DNA from: Octopus bimaculoides
Lineage: Eukaryota
Reading direction: 5' to 3'
Assembly: GCF_001194135.2 (NCBI RefSeq)
Contig: NC_068992.1
Coordinates: 45,791,202-45,829,634, forward strand
DNA length: 38,433 nt
Shown: positions 10,560 through 23,379 of the stretch, in pieces
Position numbering within the stretch: the first letter of the stretch is position 1
How the letters are laid out: every line of letters begins with the position of its first letter
Notes under the pieces: generated by a model
Told to the model about the DNA's origin: nothing
The model's database searches: none
The model's input: the letters and a program-made list of their open reading frames with translations, nothing else
Made by a program: the position numbers and the translations under genes

Positions 10560-10680
10560 TAGTACAATTTTTGCTGCCTGTAGAAAGATGAAACTAAATT
10601 TGACTTATGTGCGATTTGAACTCAGAGCGCAAATTATTGGGACCATACTGAGTATTATTCTGATGGAAGCTATGACGTCT
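10560..10680 (-). mobile_element. Highly degenerate SINE family A fragment
   Basis: agtac...gaaagatgaaactaaatttgac...gatttgaactcaga matches the 4830-4910 segment of the other minus copy. Confidence 0.55.
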
Positions 10681-10895
10681 TAAACAATTCACTACTTTAA
10701 TATATACTTTAAATATGTACTTACATACATGTATATATGTAATCATGCTTCTATATGTGTGTGTGTTTGTATGTGTGTGCGTGGAGTGATTCGTTTACAT
10801 ACATACACATGCACACACTTATATAAATGACTTCGTGTCTGTGAGCCAATGCAAATTCATACATACTTACAGCCGTACATATGTGTGTGCAGGTG

Positions 10896-10897
<2 letters not shown>

Positions 10898-10969
<72 letters not shown>

Positions 10970-10972
10970 GTG
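10898..10972. repeat. (GT)n microsatellite
   Basis: Direct reading. Confidence 0.95.
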
Positions 10973-11865
10973 CTAACTTTGCAGAATCTGTCTCATCTCA
11001 TTCACTACCTTCCCTCCACCATATTCCTGTAAACCTTTTCTAAAGTCTTGATAAATGCTGTGGAACTTCTCCAAGAGTTTCACTCACTTGGAAAGTATAA
11101 AGCATTATGAAATCTTTAATTCTGTCTTAATTTTGGCATCGTCTTTCACCCCAGCATTCACTCTGGTGTGAATTATTCCGTCTTGGCACTTCGTAGTCAT
11201 GTTTATATATATATTTATTTCCATGTATTGAAAGACATGATAAAGAGTCCATGTGGTTGTATATTTGCCATTCACATCACAGAATACAGTGTTAGATGTT
11301 CAATCCCACTCTATTCATTGTGTTTCTGGATATTTCTTTTCGCCTGATATGTTGTGTAAATAAGTATGTATAATGTGAGGAGTAAGTGTACTTGTGTGGA
11401 CTTATTGTACTATCTACAGATATATTTGTTTGTTTTTTTCTTATGCTTATTATTATATATTACAATTATAAACATTCTTCAATAAAGATTAGAGCAGCAA
11501 TCTGACATTTTTCATGTAATATTACTATGTAGACATAGTTAATCCAACCAACCCTGATCTATTACTGGTATTTATTTAATTTGTATATTTTTTTCTTTCC
11601 TGCACCATTATTTCTCTGAATATGCCTACAATGTATTTGGACTAAGGGTCTATTATTTCACAGTTTAATACCTTTCTGCTACGATAGCTAACTCCTTATG
11701 TTGACTTCATGAAAAACTAAGTGTTAGATATCAGGGAAGACAGAATTAGTCACAATGTTTAAGATGCTGGGATGGGAGGTAGAGTAAGTGAGCTTGGAGG
11801 AAATGGGAGATAGGTGGTTAAGAAATGGATGGATTGGTGGATAGAGAGAGACACTATAGTGATTA

Positions 11866-11867
<2 letters not shown>

Positions 11868-11903
<36 letters not shown>

Positions 11904-11922
11904 TGTGTGTGTGTGTGTGTGT
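11868..11922. repeat. (GT)n microsatellite
   Basis: Direct reading. Confidence 0.95.
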
Positions 11923-11988
11923 GGATGAATGAATATTTATGTATGTTCGTGTGTAAACGTCCACATATGTATATGTATAAATATGATT

Positions 11989-13203
11989 ATAGAGGTATCC
12001 CCAAATTACATATGTACACATTGAATGCTTATAAAAATCATTGTTTATTAAAATATATTTCAGACAGTATTTTATCAAAATTTAATAGAATTTACAGACA
12101 GTATTCATTAAAACTTTATGAATTCCTAATTTCAAACTGATAACTATACTGACCCTAATACTGCTGACAATGTGAAACAATGGATTTGCAAACATCAAGA
12201 AATATTTTGTTCCGTATCAGTTCACATTCTCACTCAATGGCTGCCATCAATTTGTCAACTGTTACCAGCTTTGTACCATAAACTGTATCATTTAAGCATC
12301 TCTATGAAAATATCTCAAGTGTTGTAAGGGTAGGTAAATGCAGAAGGTATTTTATTGAACTACTTTTGTCGAATCTACCTCATTAAAGTAGGTCATTACA
12401 TTACTATGGTAGTATATCGGTAACCCATCTTAGTGGAAATAAAAGTCCACATTTTTTAAGTCCTTTTGAATGCTTGGCTTGACAAGCATTCACAGAAAGT
12501 TCAACAAAAGGGAGCAAAGATGCAATATAAAAGAATGGCCCGATTGATCCGTTTAATAAGCTGCACCATATTCTAACCCCTGGTAAATTGATATGATGCC
12601 ACCCCCACCCCCATAATACGTTGATTTTCAGGTCCCTACTCGGTGCAAATATGTTTTATAATTGAACCATCTAATTTAAATGTAACTTCATCACTCCAAA
12701 CACAATTTGTTTAAAAGCATGCATATTCTACACATCTTACTTAGTATATCTCACAAAAATCCATTCTCATTTGGGATCATTTTCATTGAGAGCATTGTCC
12801 TTCCAAATGACAGCTCTTTAAATGTGATGGCTGCTTAATTTTGAAATTCCTGTCACACAACTTGCATGATACACAGACATACATTTCTAGTACTGTCTCT
12901 TACTTTGTTGGATTCACCAATGTTCATGGTTTCCAAACGTTTTCTTGTAGATATTCTGAGCAATTGTGCATTATATTTACCTCTAATTTAAAAATTGGCA
13001 TGTCACTTAGGTGAACCTGGTTGAAACTTCTTCCTAGACTGTCTCTGCACTTTGACTATATTTTCAAACTTGCAGAAGTTAAACTTCTTTTGTTCACAGA
13101 TTAGGCAGGACCCCTTCATTATTTCTAATGCATTAAACAAAGAAGAAATGAAGATTGAGTTATTAACTGTTAAAATATTATACATCTTTTTGTGACACTA
13201 CAT
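11989..13203 (-). mobile_element. Near-full-length degenerate Tc1-like (IS630-Tc1-mariner) transposon
   Basis: Minus translation gives CVWSDEVTFKLDGSIIKH (first D of the triad), DFYFH*DG (second D), LTTLEIFS*RCLNDTVYGTK..AAIE*ECELI and FLDVCKSIVSHCQQ. TIR-like ends are tagtgtcacaaaaagatgtata (13180-13201, minus) and a decayed counterpart near 11990-12025. About 1.2 kb. Confidence 0.85.
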
Positions 13204-13213
13204 ATATATACAT

Positions 13214-13247
<34 letters not shown>

Positions 13248-13336
13248 ATACAAAACATAAACACACAGACACACACTTACATACCTACCTACCTACCATG
13301 CATACATACAATACATTCATACATACATACATATAT
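13200..13336. repeat. Compound TA/CA/TACC/TACA microsatellite
   Basis: Direct reading; starts at the Tc1 terminal TA. Confidence 0.9.
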
Positions 13337-14416
13337 ACATACATACGTACATACATAATCTTCCTTTCCAGGCAAATGTCGAGATTTATTTCTCACCTCC
13401 TTATATCTCTAATATCAAAGTTTACGTTGTGCTTCTGTATTTATTTCTGCTTATTTTATAAATGATTTCTCATCTATTCACTCTATGAATCCTATATTTT
13501 AAACTTGACTTCTAACATCAGTTTATCAAACTTTTCTTGTTGCTATTAATTTCATTTGCTATTATAAGAGCAACAATAGTCAAAAATGAAAATGTATAAA
13601 ACAAATATTGCAGCAGTTTCTTTTTAAAATTTTAATTTCGTAATTCGTTCAATAAACGCAAATTCTCTCTTTAGCTCAATCGTTAAAATACTGATATTCA
13701 ACATTGACAGCTTTGCTCGGCCCTTAACAAGGCACTTGAATTATTATCTGCAATAACAGTTTAACTTAACTGAAATATATTGAATTAAACGTAAAGTGAA
13801 ATAGCTGAAAAAACAAGCACAAATTTTAAGTTTAAATCTTTAAGACTGAATAACTAATTTCATGATCTATTATTTATTTCGCATTTCGAAATTTCATTTT
13901 CTGTCTTATAACCAACAATAATGGATTCCAGAAGAAAAAATATCACTTTCTGCATTTTATTATGTTTTATATGTAATATGAAGACAGGATGAATGTTGAA
14001 TTATGTCTTTCTAGACAATTAGATTAGATTTAATAAAATATTGATGCTGAAGAGTAATTGTAAATCCATCTGATTTTCTTTTCTTTTGCACCATTTTACT
14101 ACCAAAACTTAGCCAGTACCCACTGTATCATAATTGAAATATGTATGGAATTTGAATCGTTAATGGACGAAGTCTTTGAATCAATTCCTTGTATTTTGTT
14201 GCATTCTTAGACAATGAGGTATTTCTTCAGTATTAAATTTACTGCATTTTTTGTTGTTGTTTTGTTTTTGAGAAGCATTCAGTAGCATTCACAACTGGGG
14301 AGTTAATAGCCTCCCCTCTCTATTCGCTTACTCTCTTCATAAACAACACAAGCATGCACTACATCACAGCACTCTTCGAAGCTTATGTGATGAATATTTT
14401 TAAAATATATATACAG

Positions 14417-14801
14417 ACACAGGAGTGGCTGTGAGGTAAGTTGCTTGCTTACCAACCACATGGTTCCGGGTTCAGTCTCCCAACTTGGTATCTTGGGCAA
14501 GTGTCTTCTACTATAACCATGGGTTGACCAAAGTCGTGTGGGTGGATTTGGTAGACGGAAACTGAGAGAAACCCGTCATGTATGTATGTGTGGGGGAGTG
14601 TATGTTTGAGTGTATATGTTTGTGCCCCCAACATCGCTTGACAACTGATGATGGTGCATTTACGTCCCCATAACTTAGTGATTTGGTTAAAGAGACTGAT
14701 AGAATAAGTACTAGGCTCACAAAGAATAAGTCCTGGGGTCAATTTGCTTGACTTAAAGGCAGTGCTCCAGCATGGCCACAGTCAAATGATTGAACCAAGT
14801 A
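14417..14801 (+). mobile_element. tRNA-derived SINE, family B, full length with internal microsatellite
   Basis: A-box-like gagtggctgtgaggtaag, B-box-like ggttcagtc, body ttgggcaagtgtcttctactata...gacggaaactgagagaa, internal TA/TG tract and 3' end gctccagcatggccacagtcaaatgattgaac. The same head occurs at 38256 and reversed near 34935-35056. Confidence 0.85.
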
Positions 14802-15159
14802 TTTGTGTATGTCTGCTAGTAAGTCAGTGATATAAACGTAATGGACTTATAAAAATCGACATTATCTCCAGGAAATGGGGATAATCTCTTAGTTCATGAA
14901 AGGAACATCATGAGATTACTGTCAACCAAAGATTATGCTAGAAGACATTTATATGAGATACCCCAGAATTGAATAGAACCCAAGACCCCCAGCATGCTAA
15001 GAAAATGTTTTAAGTACATAAGGCCTGCTGCTTTGTCTTTTGGATGATCCCTCCTTGAAATATGTCCCCATGATTGTTCTTGGAGAGAATATCGTTCCAG
15101 AATATTGCATTTTGGAAAACTTGCTGATCTTCATTACGATTTTTATTCTTCCATATTTT

Positions 15160-15560
15160 CTAAAATGAGTCTTGGGATCTATGTGACCAACTACTTCTTT
15201 CATAACATGTGTGCTTGTCCTTAACTTACAAGTGAATATTTGGGAAGGAATCATTTAAAAATAGAATTTTCCAGGAATGGTGTTACATATGACTTTGTTT
15301 TCATTTTAGATTCTCATGCCTTAAAATATATTGACAAATGTTTAACAAAGAAAACTGGAGGAATTTCTTTCTTTCTAGATTTTGTCTTTCTTTGTATATT
15401 TTATTCTGTCTGTTTTTGGCAAGAATGAATTTGAAAATGTCTCAGTGCATAAGAAATGTGTCTATTGTTGGGTTTGTGAAGAGAATTCACAGGAAAAATG
15501 GATATTCATATGGCTGCCATGTTTGTGAAGTTGAAACTATCATGTGACAAAATCTACAGT
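15160..15560 (+). mobile_element. Probable degenerate piggyBac transposase 3' fragment
   Basis: DLCDQLL (cf. MGGVDLxDQ), then FILDSHAL...KKTGGISFFLDF, then a Cys-rich KKCVYCWVC../SYGCHVCEV segment. The order matches piggyBac C-termini; many stops and frameshifts. Confidence 0.5.
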
Positions 15561-16139
15561 TCCAAAACAAGAAAAATATAACAAAACGAAAATAAAATAA
15601 TAAAATCAACCAATGTCTTTCATTGTCTGAGTTTCAAGCAAGCAGGGTTAATTCTATAGTTGACAAATATTTGGTAGATGTAATGATGTCTGGAGAAATG
15701 TGTTGAACAGACAATGTGGAAACGTGTTTTTGGTAGGGTAAACTTTTTGCATTGTTTAGTTTACCACAAACATCCAGATCTGGCTTCATCTTAGTGTAAA
15801 CTACACCATTTCACCACAACCGAAAGTTAGAACTTTGTTTAGGGACACAATTTGTTTTGTCTTCACATCAGTCTTAGACATTCTAGGAAATTCCAAGACA
15901 ATTTTCTTCTTCATCAGACTTCAGCATAAAATCGAAAGAAAGTGTATCAAATAAAATATGTTAATAACCATTCGATAACCAATAAACAAAAGAAATAGCA
16001 GCCTATATTTCTATACATCACATTATATTGTTTTAAATGTTAAAGCTGATTTAAGCAAGTACGTCTTTCTGAAAATAGTTGTCCAATCAGTGTTGGGTTG
16101 GGTTTAAAAATCAACAATACTGAAACTACCTATACTATT

Positions 16140-16540
16140 AGTGCCACAAATACTAAGAATTATAACTAATAATATTAATTGTTATATTTTCAATGCTAAC
16201 AACTATAATCACTTATGCTAACTATAGTAGCTATGAATATTAACTACAGGTACTAATACCCAGTACTATAACAATTAGCACTAACCACTGTAATCACCAT
16301 CACTACTAACTGCTGCAGTAACCTATATCAAATACAATAACCACCAATACTAACTACTATAACCCCTCAGTACTGAATACTATAAACACCAATACTAAAT
16401 ATGGCAGCCACCAACACTAACTACTATAACTACCAATACCAGATAGTATAACCACAAATACTAACTGGTGTAGTTATTATCAATCCCTGTTGTTACTACC
16501 AATATTAGTTGTTAACTACCATTGCTATAACTAACCAATA
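16140..16540. repeat. Degenerate ~22-bp minisatellite (consensus accaccaatactaactactata)
   Basis: Consecutive units from 16340: accaccaatactaactactata / acccctcagtactgaatactata / aacaccaatactaaatatggca / gccaccaacactaactactata / actaccaataccagatagtata / accacaaatactaactggtgta. Weaker units occur upstream. Confidence 0.75.
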
Positions 16541-17478
16541 AACTTAGCTTAAGAATGTCACTCTACTGGCCCAAAATAGCAACACAGCTCTTAAATAACC
16601 CACATACACATGCCCACAACTACTCTGACAAGGTGCTGCTAGATACATTACATAGGGAAAGTCTTGTACGGATAGCTCGAAATGATCATCTGGTTTGACC
16701 TAGGGTTAAGCAACAAAAATCTTTATATACAAACCTCGTTCCACATAAACACCTCAACACTAATAATTTGACCCCACTTTCTGTTGTCATTTATGATTTT
16801 GGTTTCTCTTACTTGGAAGCCAATAAAATCTTCACATATATATATATATATATATATATATTATTTGTGCAGGAGTCTATGATTATGTGACTATGTTTAT
16901 TTATTCATATATATGTGTGTGAGATTGCATACGTCTGTGCACGTGTGTCAATTGTTGTTGCTGTTTTTATCATTATTATTATTATTATTATGTTCAAACC
17001 AAAACAATGAATACAATAATAAAATTGCCTTGGTTCATAACCATTCTCATCCCCAGTAAACCTAGCAATGTAAACTAGAAATTTTTTACAAGAAACTCCA
17101 CCAAAATCTCATATTTATTGTTGCCAGTTCAATGGATATAAAATGTCTTTTTTACATTTTTGTTTTGTTCTTTCTGTAGGGGAGTATATGAAATATATAT
17201 TTTTTTTCTTTTATAATTTTCCTTTAGTATTTTATCATTTTCATTTTATGTGTTTGCTCCTACTTATTTTTCTCAATGTTTTTCTCGGTGTTGCTAAGAG
17301 ATGACTTCGCTTCTAGCAGACTGGTTCTAACACTTACCATTATTAGTGGCATTATAACAGACTTGTTTCATTAACTTTGTCATTTTTATTTAGAATTTTG
17401 CTCATAAACACGAGGAAATTATTCAGTAGTTTGCAACACACATACATATGGTTCTGCATAAACACATGTATGTTTCCA

Positions 17479-17529
<51 letters not shown>

Positions 17530-17729
17530 ATATATATNNNNNNNNNNNNNNNNNNNNNNNNNNNNNNNNNNNNNNNNNNNNNNNNNNNNNNNNNNNNNNN
17601 NNNNNNNNNNNNNNNNNNNNNNNNNNNNNNNNNNNNNNNNNATATGCACATATACATATACATAGATATATGTACATATATATACACATATATGTATATA
17701 TATTTATACATTTATATAAACACATATAT

Positions 17730-17766
<37 letters not shown>

Positions 17767-17990
17767 CATTTACACACATGTATATAATTATATATATATA
17801 TGTGTGTATATATATATATATATATAACTACATGTTTATATATATAAATATATATACACAAATACACCTATTTCTATATACATCTATTTATATATATGTA
17901 TGCCTATATATATATATATATATATATAAATTCATAAGAATGGTACAAGGTACCGATATTTATATATATATATATATATATATATAGGTC
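17479..17990. repeat. (TC)n followed by a long compound TA/CA low-complexity tract containing a gap
   Basis: Direct reading; N run at 17538-17641. Confidence 0.9.
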
Positions 17991-18139
17991 TTATTTTCAC
18001 ATAACTATAATGTCTTTTTGCAGAATGTTTTACTTTTCATCATCTTACAGGTCACTTAGTACATTAACAATTGTTTTAACTGTAAATATTTGAAGTCAAG
18101 TACACAATTCTATAATTATATATATTTGCATCTGTTAAC

Positions 18140-18171
<32 letters not shown>

Positions 18172-19217
18172 ATACAAACATACAGGCACACATGTATATG
18201 TATGTTGTATGTATGCAATATATAAGACTTTCAGTCCTCCAGTCTCTATTTCAACTTTCTGTTGATTAAAATACAAATGTATATTTACTTATGTATTGAG
18301 TTCAATTTCTCTTGCATATTCTACCAAGCCTACAATCACCCCCTCCACACACACACACACACACTTCGATATAAGGAACACCAAGCAGCATTTATACAAG
18401 TTTGAATAAATATGTGTATCTCTACTCAAATAAGTTGCATCTAGATGAAAATGTGTATATATATAGGTATGTATGTATAAATATATTAATGGGTGGAGGG
18501 AGGCGGAGAAGGATTTGTGCGTACTTGTTTGTGTATTTCTTTAAGTGTTTCTGATTGATGTATATGTTATATTAACTAGAAGTAACTCATTATATACAAA
18601 TAAATACTTACATAAATATATGTGTGTGTGGTGTATGTCGTGTGAAGTGTGATGAGGTGTTATGTGTGTGTGCGTCAGTGTGTGTATGTGCGTGTGTATG
18701 TGTGTGTGTGTGAGTGTGTGTGTATGTGCGTGTGTGTGTGTGTGCGTGCGTGCATTGCTTTTATCACATTTTTGTCATTATACAAATTACCCTGGAAAAA
18801 AAAAACCTTTCCACTCTTCTCACTCTCACTGCACGTGACAAAGATCCCATTTTCACATTTAACTTGAAAATTCAATTTAGCGTGTAATTAATACTTAATT
18901 TCTGAACCTTATCTCTCTGTTTATTTTTTAAAGTTGTGAACGGTTATGGCTATGTTTTAGCACTGCTTCTCTACCTAAAGCATAAATTTCCATTTCTTTA
19001 TGAATGCTTATGCACATTAGTAAATCACTTCAAACTTGGATTATATGAATTTATACCATTGATTTACTCATTTCATTTGGTTCACAATATGTAAGTATAT
19101 GTGTATAGATTTAGCAGAGCTATCTGGTAATAAATTTGTGTTTTGAGTTAAGATGGATAGCATCTCTGAGGGAAGTGATGATAAATTTAGCAAGATTGTG
19201 ATGTCCGGATAAATGAT

Positions 19218-19219
<2 letters not shown>

Positions 19220-19289
<70 letters not shown>
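19220..19289. repeat. (CA)n(TA)n microsatellite
   Basis: Direct reading. Confidence 0.95.
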
Positions 19290-19291
<2 letters not shown>

Positions 19292-19415
19292 CTGAGGACA
19301 TACGTAAGCTCTCAAGGAATGAAGCCAGTATGCTCCGTTGGATGTGTAATGTCAATGTGAATACCTGTCAGAGTGTAAGTATCTTGAGAGAAAAGCTGAA
19401 CATTAGAAGCATCAG
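19290..19415 (+). mobile_element. RTE-clade LINE fragment (end of RT ORF)
   Basis: TEDIRKLSRNEASMLRWMCNVNVNTCQSVSILREKLNIRSI matches the RTE 'E.xMLRWMCGV...R.EEIRERL..I' motif. It runs into an assembly gap. Confidence 0.85.
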
Positions 19416-19764
19416 NNNNNNNNNNNNNNNNNNNNNNNNNNNNNNNNNNNNNNNNNNNNNNNNNNNNNNNNNNNNNNNNNNNNNNNNNNNNNNNNNNNNN
19501 NNNNNNNNNNNNNNNNNNNNNNNNNNNNNNNNNNNNNNNNNNNNNNNNNNNNNNNNNNNNNNNNNNNNNNNNNNNNNNNNNNNNNNNNNNNNNNNNNNNN
19601 NNNNNNNNNNNNNNNNNNNNNNNNNNNNNNNNNNNNNNNNNNNNNNNNNNNNNNNNNNNNNNNNNNNNNNNNNNNNNNNNNNNNNNNNNNNNNNNNNNNN
19701 NNNNNNNNNNNNNNNNNNNNNNNNNNNNNNNNNNNNNNNNNNNNNNNNNNNNNNNNNNNNNNNN

Positions 19765-19997
19765 GGCACATAAAAGACACCATTTCGAGCGTGGCCGTTT
19801 TCGTGCGGGTGACACGTAAAAGCACCCACTACACTCTCTGAGTGGTTGGCATTAGGAAGGGCATCCAGCTGTAGAAACTCTGCCAAATTAGATTGGAGCC
19901 TGGTGTTGCCATCCGGTTTCACCAGTCCTCAGTCAAATCGTCCAACCCATGCTAGCATGGAAAGCGGACGTTAAACGATGATGATGATGATGATGAT
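19765..19997 (+). mobile_element. RTE-type 3' UTR / RTE-tail SINE with (GAT)n tail
   Basis: gagtggttggcattaggaagggcatccagctgtagaaac...ccaacccatgctagcatggaaagcggacgttaaacgatgatgat; nearly identical to 36481-36742. Confidence 0.9.
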
Positions 19998-20060
19998 ATC
20001 AACAAATACTAAGCCTTATAATGATATTTAAAAAAGTTAAGGCAGAAAACAGAAGAGAAA

Positions 20061-20930
20061 TTCTTGATAACATCCAAACATCACAAATCTGATTTCACAA
20101 ATAGACCTAGCTAGAATGTAATAAAGCCAACCAAAATAGAATTGGTTTTAATAAGTAAAACATAGTACAAAATATAAACAAAATAATACGATGTGATCAT
20201 CAGTGAACTGACAGTATCAGCCCTCAGTTGATTCAGCTGTATGATCAGTGGAACTTCTGATAAGGAAATGTCTACTTGCTGAAGTTACACATTTTGACAG
20301 AAGGTGCATGAGCTCAGGTGAATTGAATATTAAGAAAACAAAAACGTACACTTCTATAAAGAGTCAGTCTTTTATAAAACATTCCTGCCACATCTTTATA
20401 TCAAGAAAACTCTAATATCGTAAAATCTAGGACATATCACAAAGGAAAGAAATTTTGATGGGACTACTTCTTTTTACAACAATGCAGGAGTGTTTTATAT
20501 ATAACTGACCTTTTGAATCCAAGAATAAACTTAGAAAAAATCACCTGGTTTTCATTCCTCCTTTGAATATAATGAGTAGTGGCTTTTCTAGAAGTCTCTA
20601 AGTATATCTTAGTCATGCGGATGGTGGACAATTTTGAAGAGGTATTCCACGTAAATCAACTACAATTGCTGTTCTAGCATGAATGTATTCACAACGAACA
20701 TGATAATCCATGTTGTTCATCAAAGAAGTCAGACACTTGCCTCTAGTAATGCACCATGAAATCAATATTTTACGAAGCAGAAAATAACCTTACTAGTGAG
20801 TTCAAAAGAAATATTTTACAGATATGTTATCAGCAACTTCGATGGAACATTTTATAATCAGGGTTCATTCTTCAAACTCATAAAAATGAGGAATTTCACT
20901 ATACTAGCCAAGCACATCTGGAAATGTTAG
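20061..20930 (+). mobile_element. Second, more degraded Penelope-like element (RT start to GIY-YIG)
   Basis: FLITSKHHKSDFTNRPS*NVIKPTKIELVLISK corresponds to the ITLKDHK..F...LINPAKSE.G.ISK motif. The 3' part has MKSIFYEAE, NLTSEFKR and RNFTILAKHIWK, matching the GIY-YIG region. Confidence 0.7.
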
Positions 20931-21366
20931 ATACACAGAGAAATAAATATTAAATTTTGGAGAACCACATGTTTAGATAAATATTTTAGCAGATACATAG
21001 TACATCTGTGTAATTTTCAAACATTTTCAAAAGTATATTAATTACTTTCAGAAAGAAGAAAGTGAAATAAAATTGGAATTACTTATAAAGATGATAAACC
21101 ATCTGGGGGGTAAAGTTTTCTTGGTGCTCTATTCACTACCAGGGTGGTGGGAGAAGTAATTCATTGAAAGATAAAAATAATCTTTAGTGTTCAGTTATTC
21201 ACATGTACTATGAAAATGATGCTTTTGCTGAAATATCAAATTTGCCAAACATGAGTAAGCTCACTTTAATTATCACAGAATGACGTTTTCATAACTATAT
21301 AGATGTATATATAAATATGCAAGTGTGTGTGTGTATGTATCATTTAATGTATACAATATAAATATG

Positions 21367-21550
21367 CGAGCTAGTAATAGTTTCTTGCACTGGAGACATC
21401 CTGAGTTCAAATACTGCTTAGGTCAACTTTCATTTTCATCCTTTATGAGTTGATAAAACAAGTATCAGTCAAGCATTGGGGTTGATGAAATCAATTAGCC
21501 CTTTTCCCACAATTTCAGGTCTTGTGCCTATAGTAGAAAGGGTTATTATT
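21367..21550 (+). mobile_element. Degenerate SINE family A copy
   Basis: ctgagttcaaatactg...ttttcatcctttatgagttgataaaacaagtatcag...cttgtgcctatagtagaaagggttattatt. Confidence 0.75.
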
Positions 21551-21770
21551 TATTAAGTTTTAGGAAAAATGTATACTGAAAGAAACATTGAAATAAATGA
21601 AGCTTGGTATGAATTGGACATAAATGTTCCATCTTACATACAAACCAAGCTTACAGACATAAGCACAAAACCAGTTCATAACACAAATCCTCTGTCTGTC
21701 TATTTCTGTGTTTACATTTGTGAGTGTGTGTGTGTCTTACATAAATGGTCAATTTTAAATGAGGAAGATC

Positions 21771-21791
21771 TATATATATATATATATATAC

Positions 21792-21857
<66 letters not shown>

Positions 21858-21908
21858 GTGTGTGTATATATTTATATATGTATATGTGTGTGTGTGTGTA
21901 TGTGTTTG
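21771..21908. repeat. (TA)n(TG)n compound microsatellite
   Basis: Direct reading. Confidence 0.95.
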
Positions 21909-23379
21909 TGAATATATGTTTAAATAAAAACAAAATAGAAGCAGTAATATGTAGAGAGAGGATAAAATAATATGGCAAATTGGTGTGTTGCAGAAGATGG
22001 AGGTAGAATATGTTGAATATACGTAGAATATACATTCTATTAAACAGTATTGTTCTGTAGACAATCTCTGTATTTTAGTTTGCAAGAGGACAATAAGAGG
22101 TTTTCAGAGAAGAAAAAAATCTGTAAACATTAGATATGATATGAATTATAGAATGAGAGAGAGAGAGAGAGGGAGAGAGAAGTAAGCAACGAGGTTGATA
22201 CTACATTATTATATCAATATATATGTCTCTCTCTCTCTCACTTTAAAAATGTGTGTGCGTGTATGTTTATATAAATGTCTTTCCCCTTCTGTGCATATAT
22301 TGCTCTATGTGTGTGTATACACATATATAAATAAGCATGTACGTGTGTAATATCCTCATTATGTTACATTCATCTTCAACATATTATATAGGTACAACAC
22401 CAACATTCCAGACACTGATGGTCCAGAACCTCTTATAATCTGCACTAATTTATGAGCAGAAAATTCAGATTCTCACAGCCTCCGGATTAGTTTACTAGTA
22501 CCTTGCACAGTATAGTATTAATATACTTGTATCATTTATATTGATATACAGGCACCTGTATTTCATTCATTTATTTGAGTAAATATGAAGTGTGTTGACT
22601 AAGGTGGTCACACTTGGTTTAGAAATATCAGTAATCCAGAAAGACTATGGAATCAAAGGTTCCAGAAACTTGATGCTAATTATGTAATTACCATTATATT
22701 TACCTACACACAAACACACACACACGTGCACATGCATGCACATACAGTGTTAATAATTGTGTGTGTGTGTGTGTGTATGTGTAATAAGTGGTACAATGAG
22801 ATTGTTTTATAATAACTCCCAAAGACACCCCATCTTTTCTGATCATTTTCTTTGTTGCTATTGTCATTTTTATTTCCTTTTACTTCTCAGAGTTCTCAGT
22901 CTTACTTGCTCTGGTTGATTCTATGAGAGCGGACAGCAACCTGTTGTCAGAAGGGTCTCTTTCCGCAAATTATAAGAATTAGCATTTGGATGTTAAGAAT
23001 CCTTTATTATTATTATTATTATTAGCTGACCACGTGCCATCAAAAATGACAACTAATTGTAGTATTTTATACATAAATAAGTTACAAAATAAAGTAAATA
23101 ATAATCACACATACAAACATTCACATACTTCCCTTGTACACAGAAACACATACACTCACACAGAATTGAAATGCTGGCATGAACACACACACACACACAC
23201 ACACAAACACACACAAGATGTATGCTTAAAGCACATTCAGGCACACAGGAAGATAGAAATAAATTCATAGGCAAACAGGCATGTATACACAATTATATAA
23301 GTACTTGCATTCATAAATATATATACACAGTTGCTGATATAGACACAAACAAATGTACACATTCACATAAAAAAACACA

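Noticed and set aside
14110-14215. Protein-like frames on both strands (EICMEFESLMDEVFESIPC; NATKYKELIQRLRPL)
   Set aside because: Both hit stops before a credible donor.
15620-15930. Possible piggyBac N-terminal fragment on the minus strand
   Set aside because: No conserved motif recognised with confidence.
22905-22960. Minus candidate exon DPSDNRLLSALIESTRA with GTAAGA donor (also open on + after a strong acceptor)
   Set aside because: Weak acceptor on the minus strand, no donor on +, and no consistent chain.
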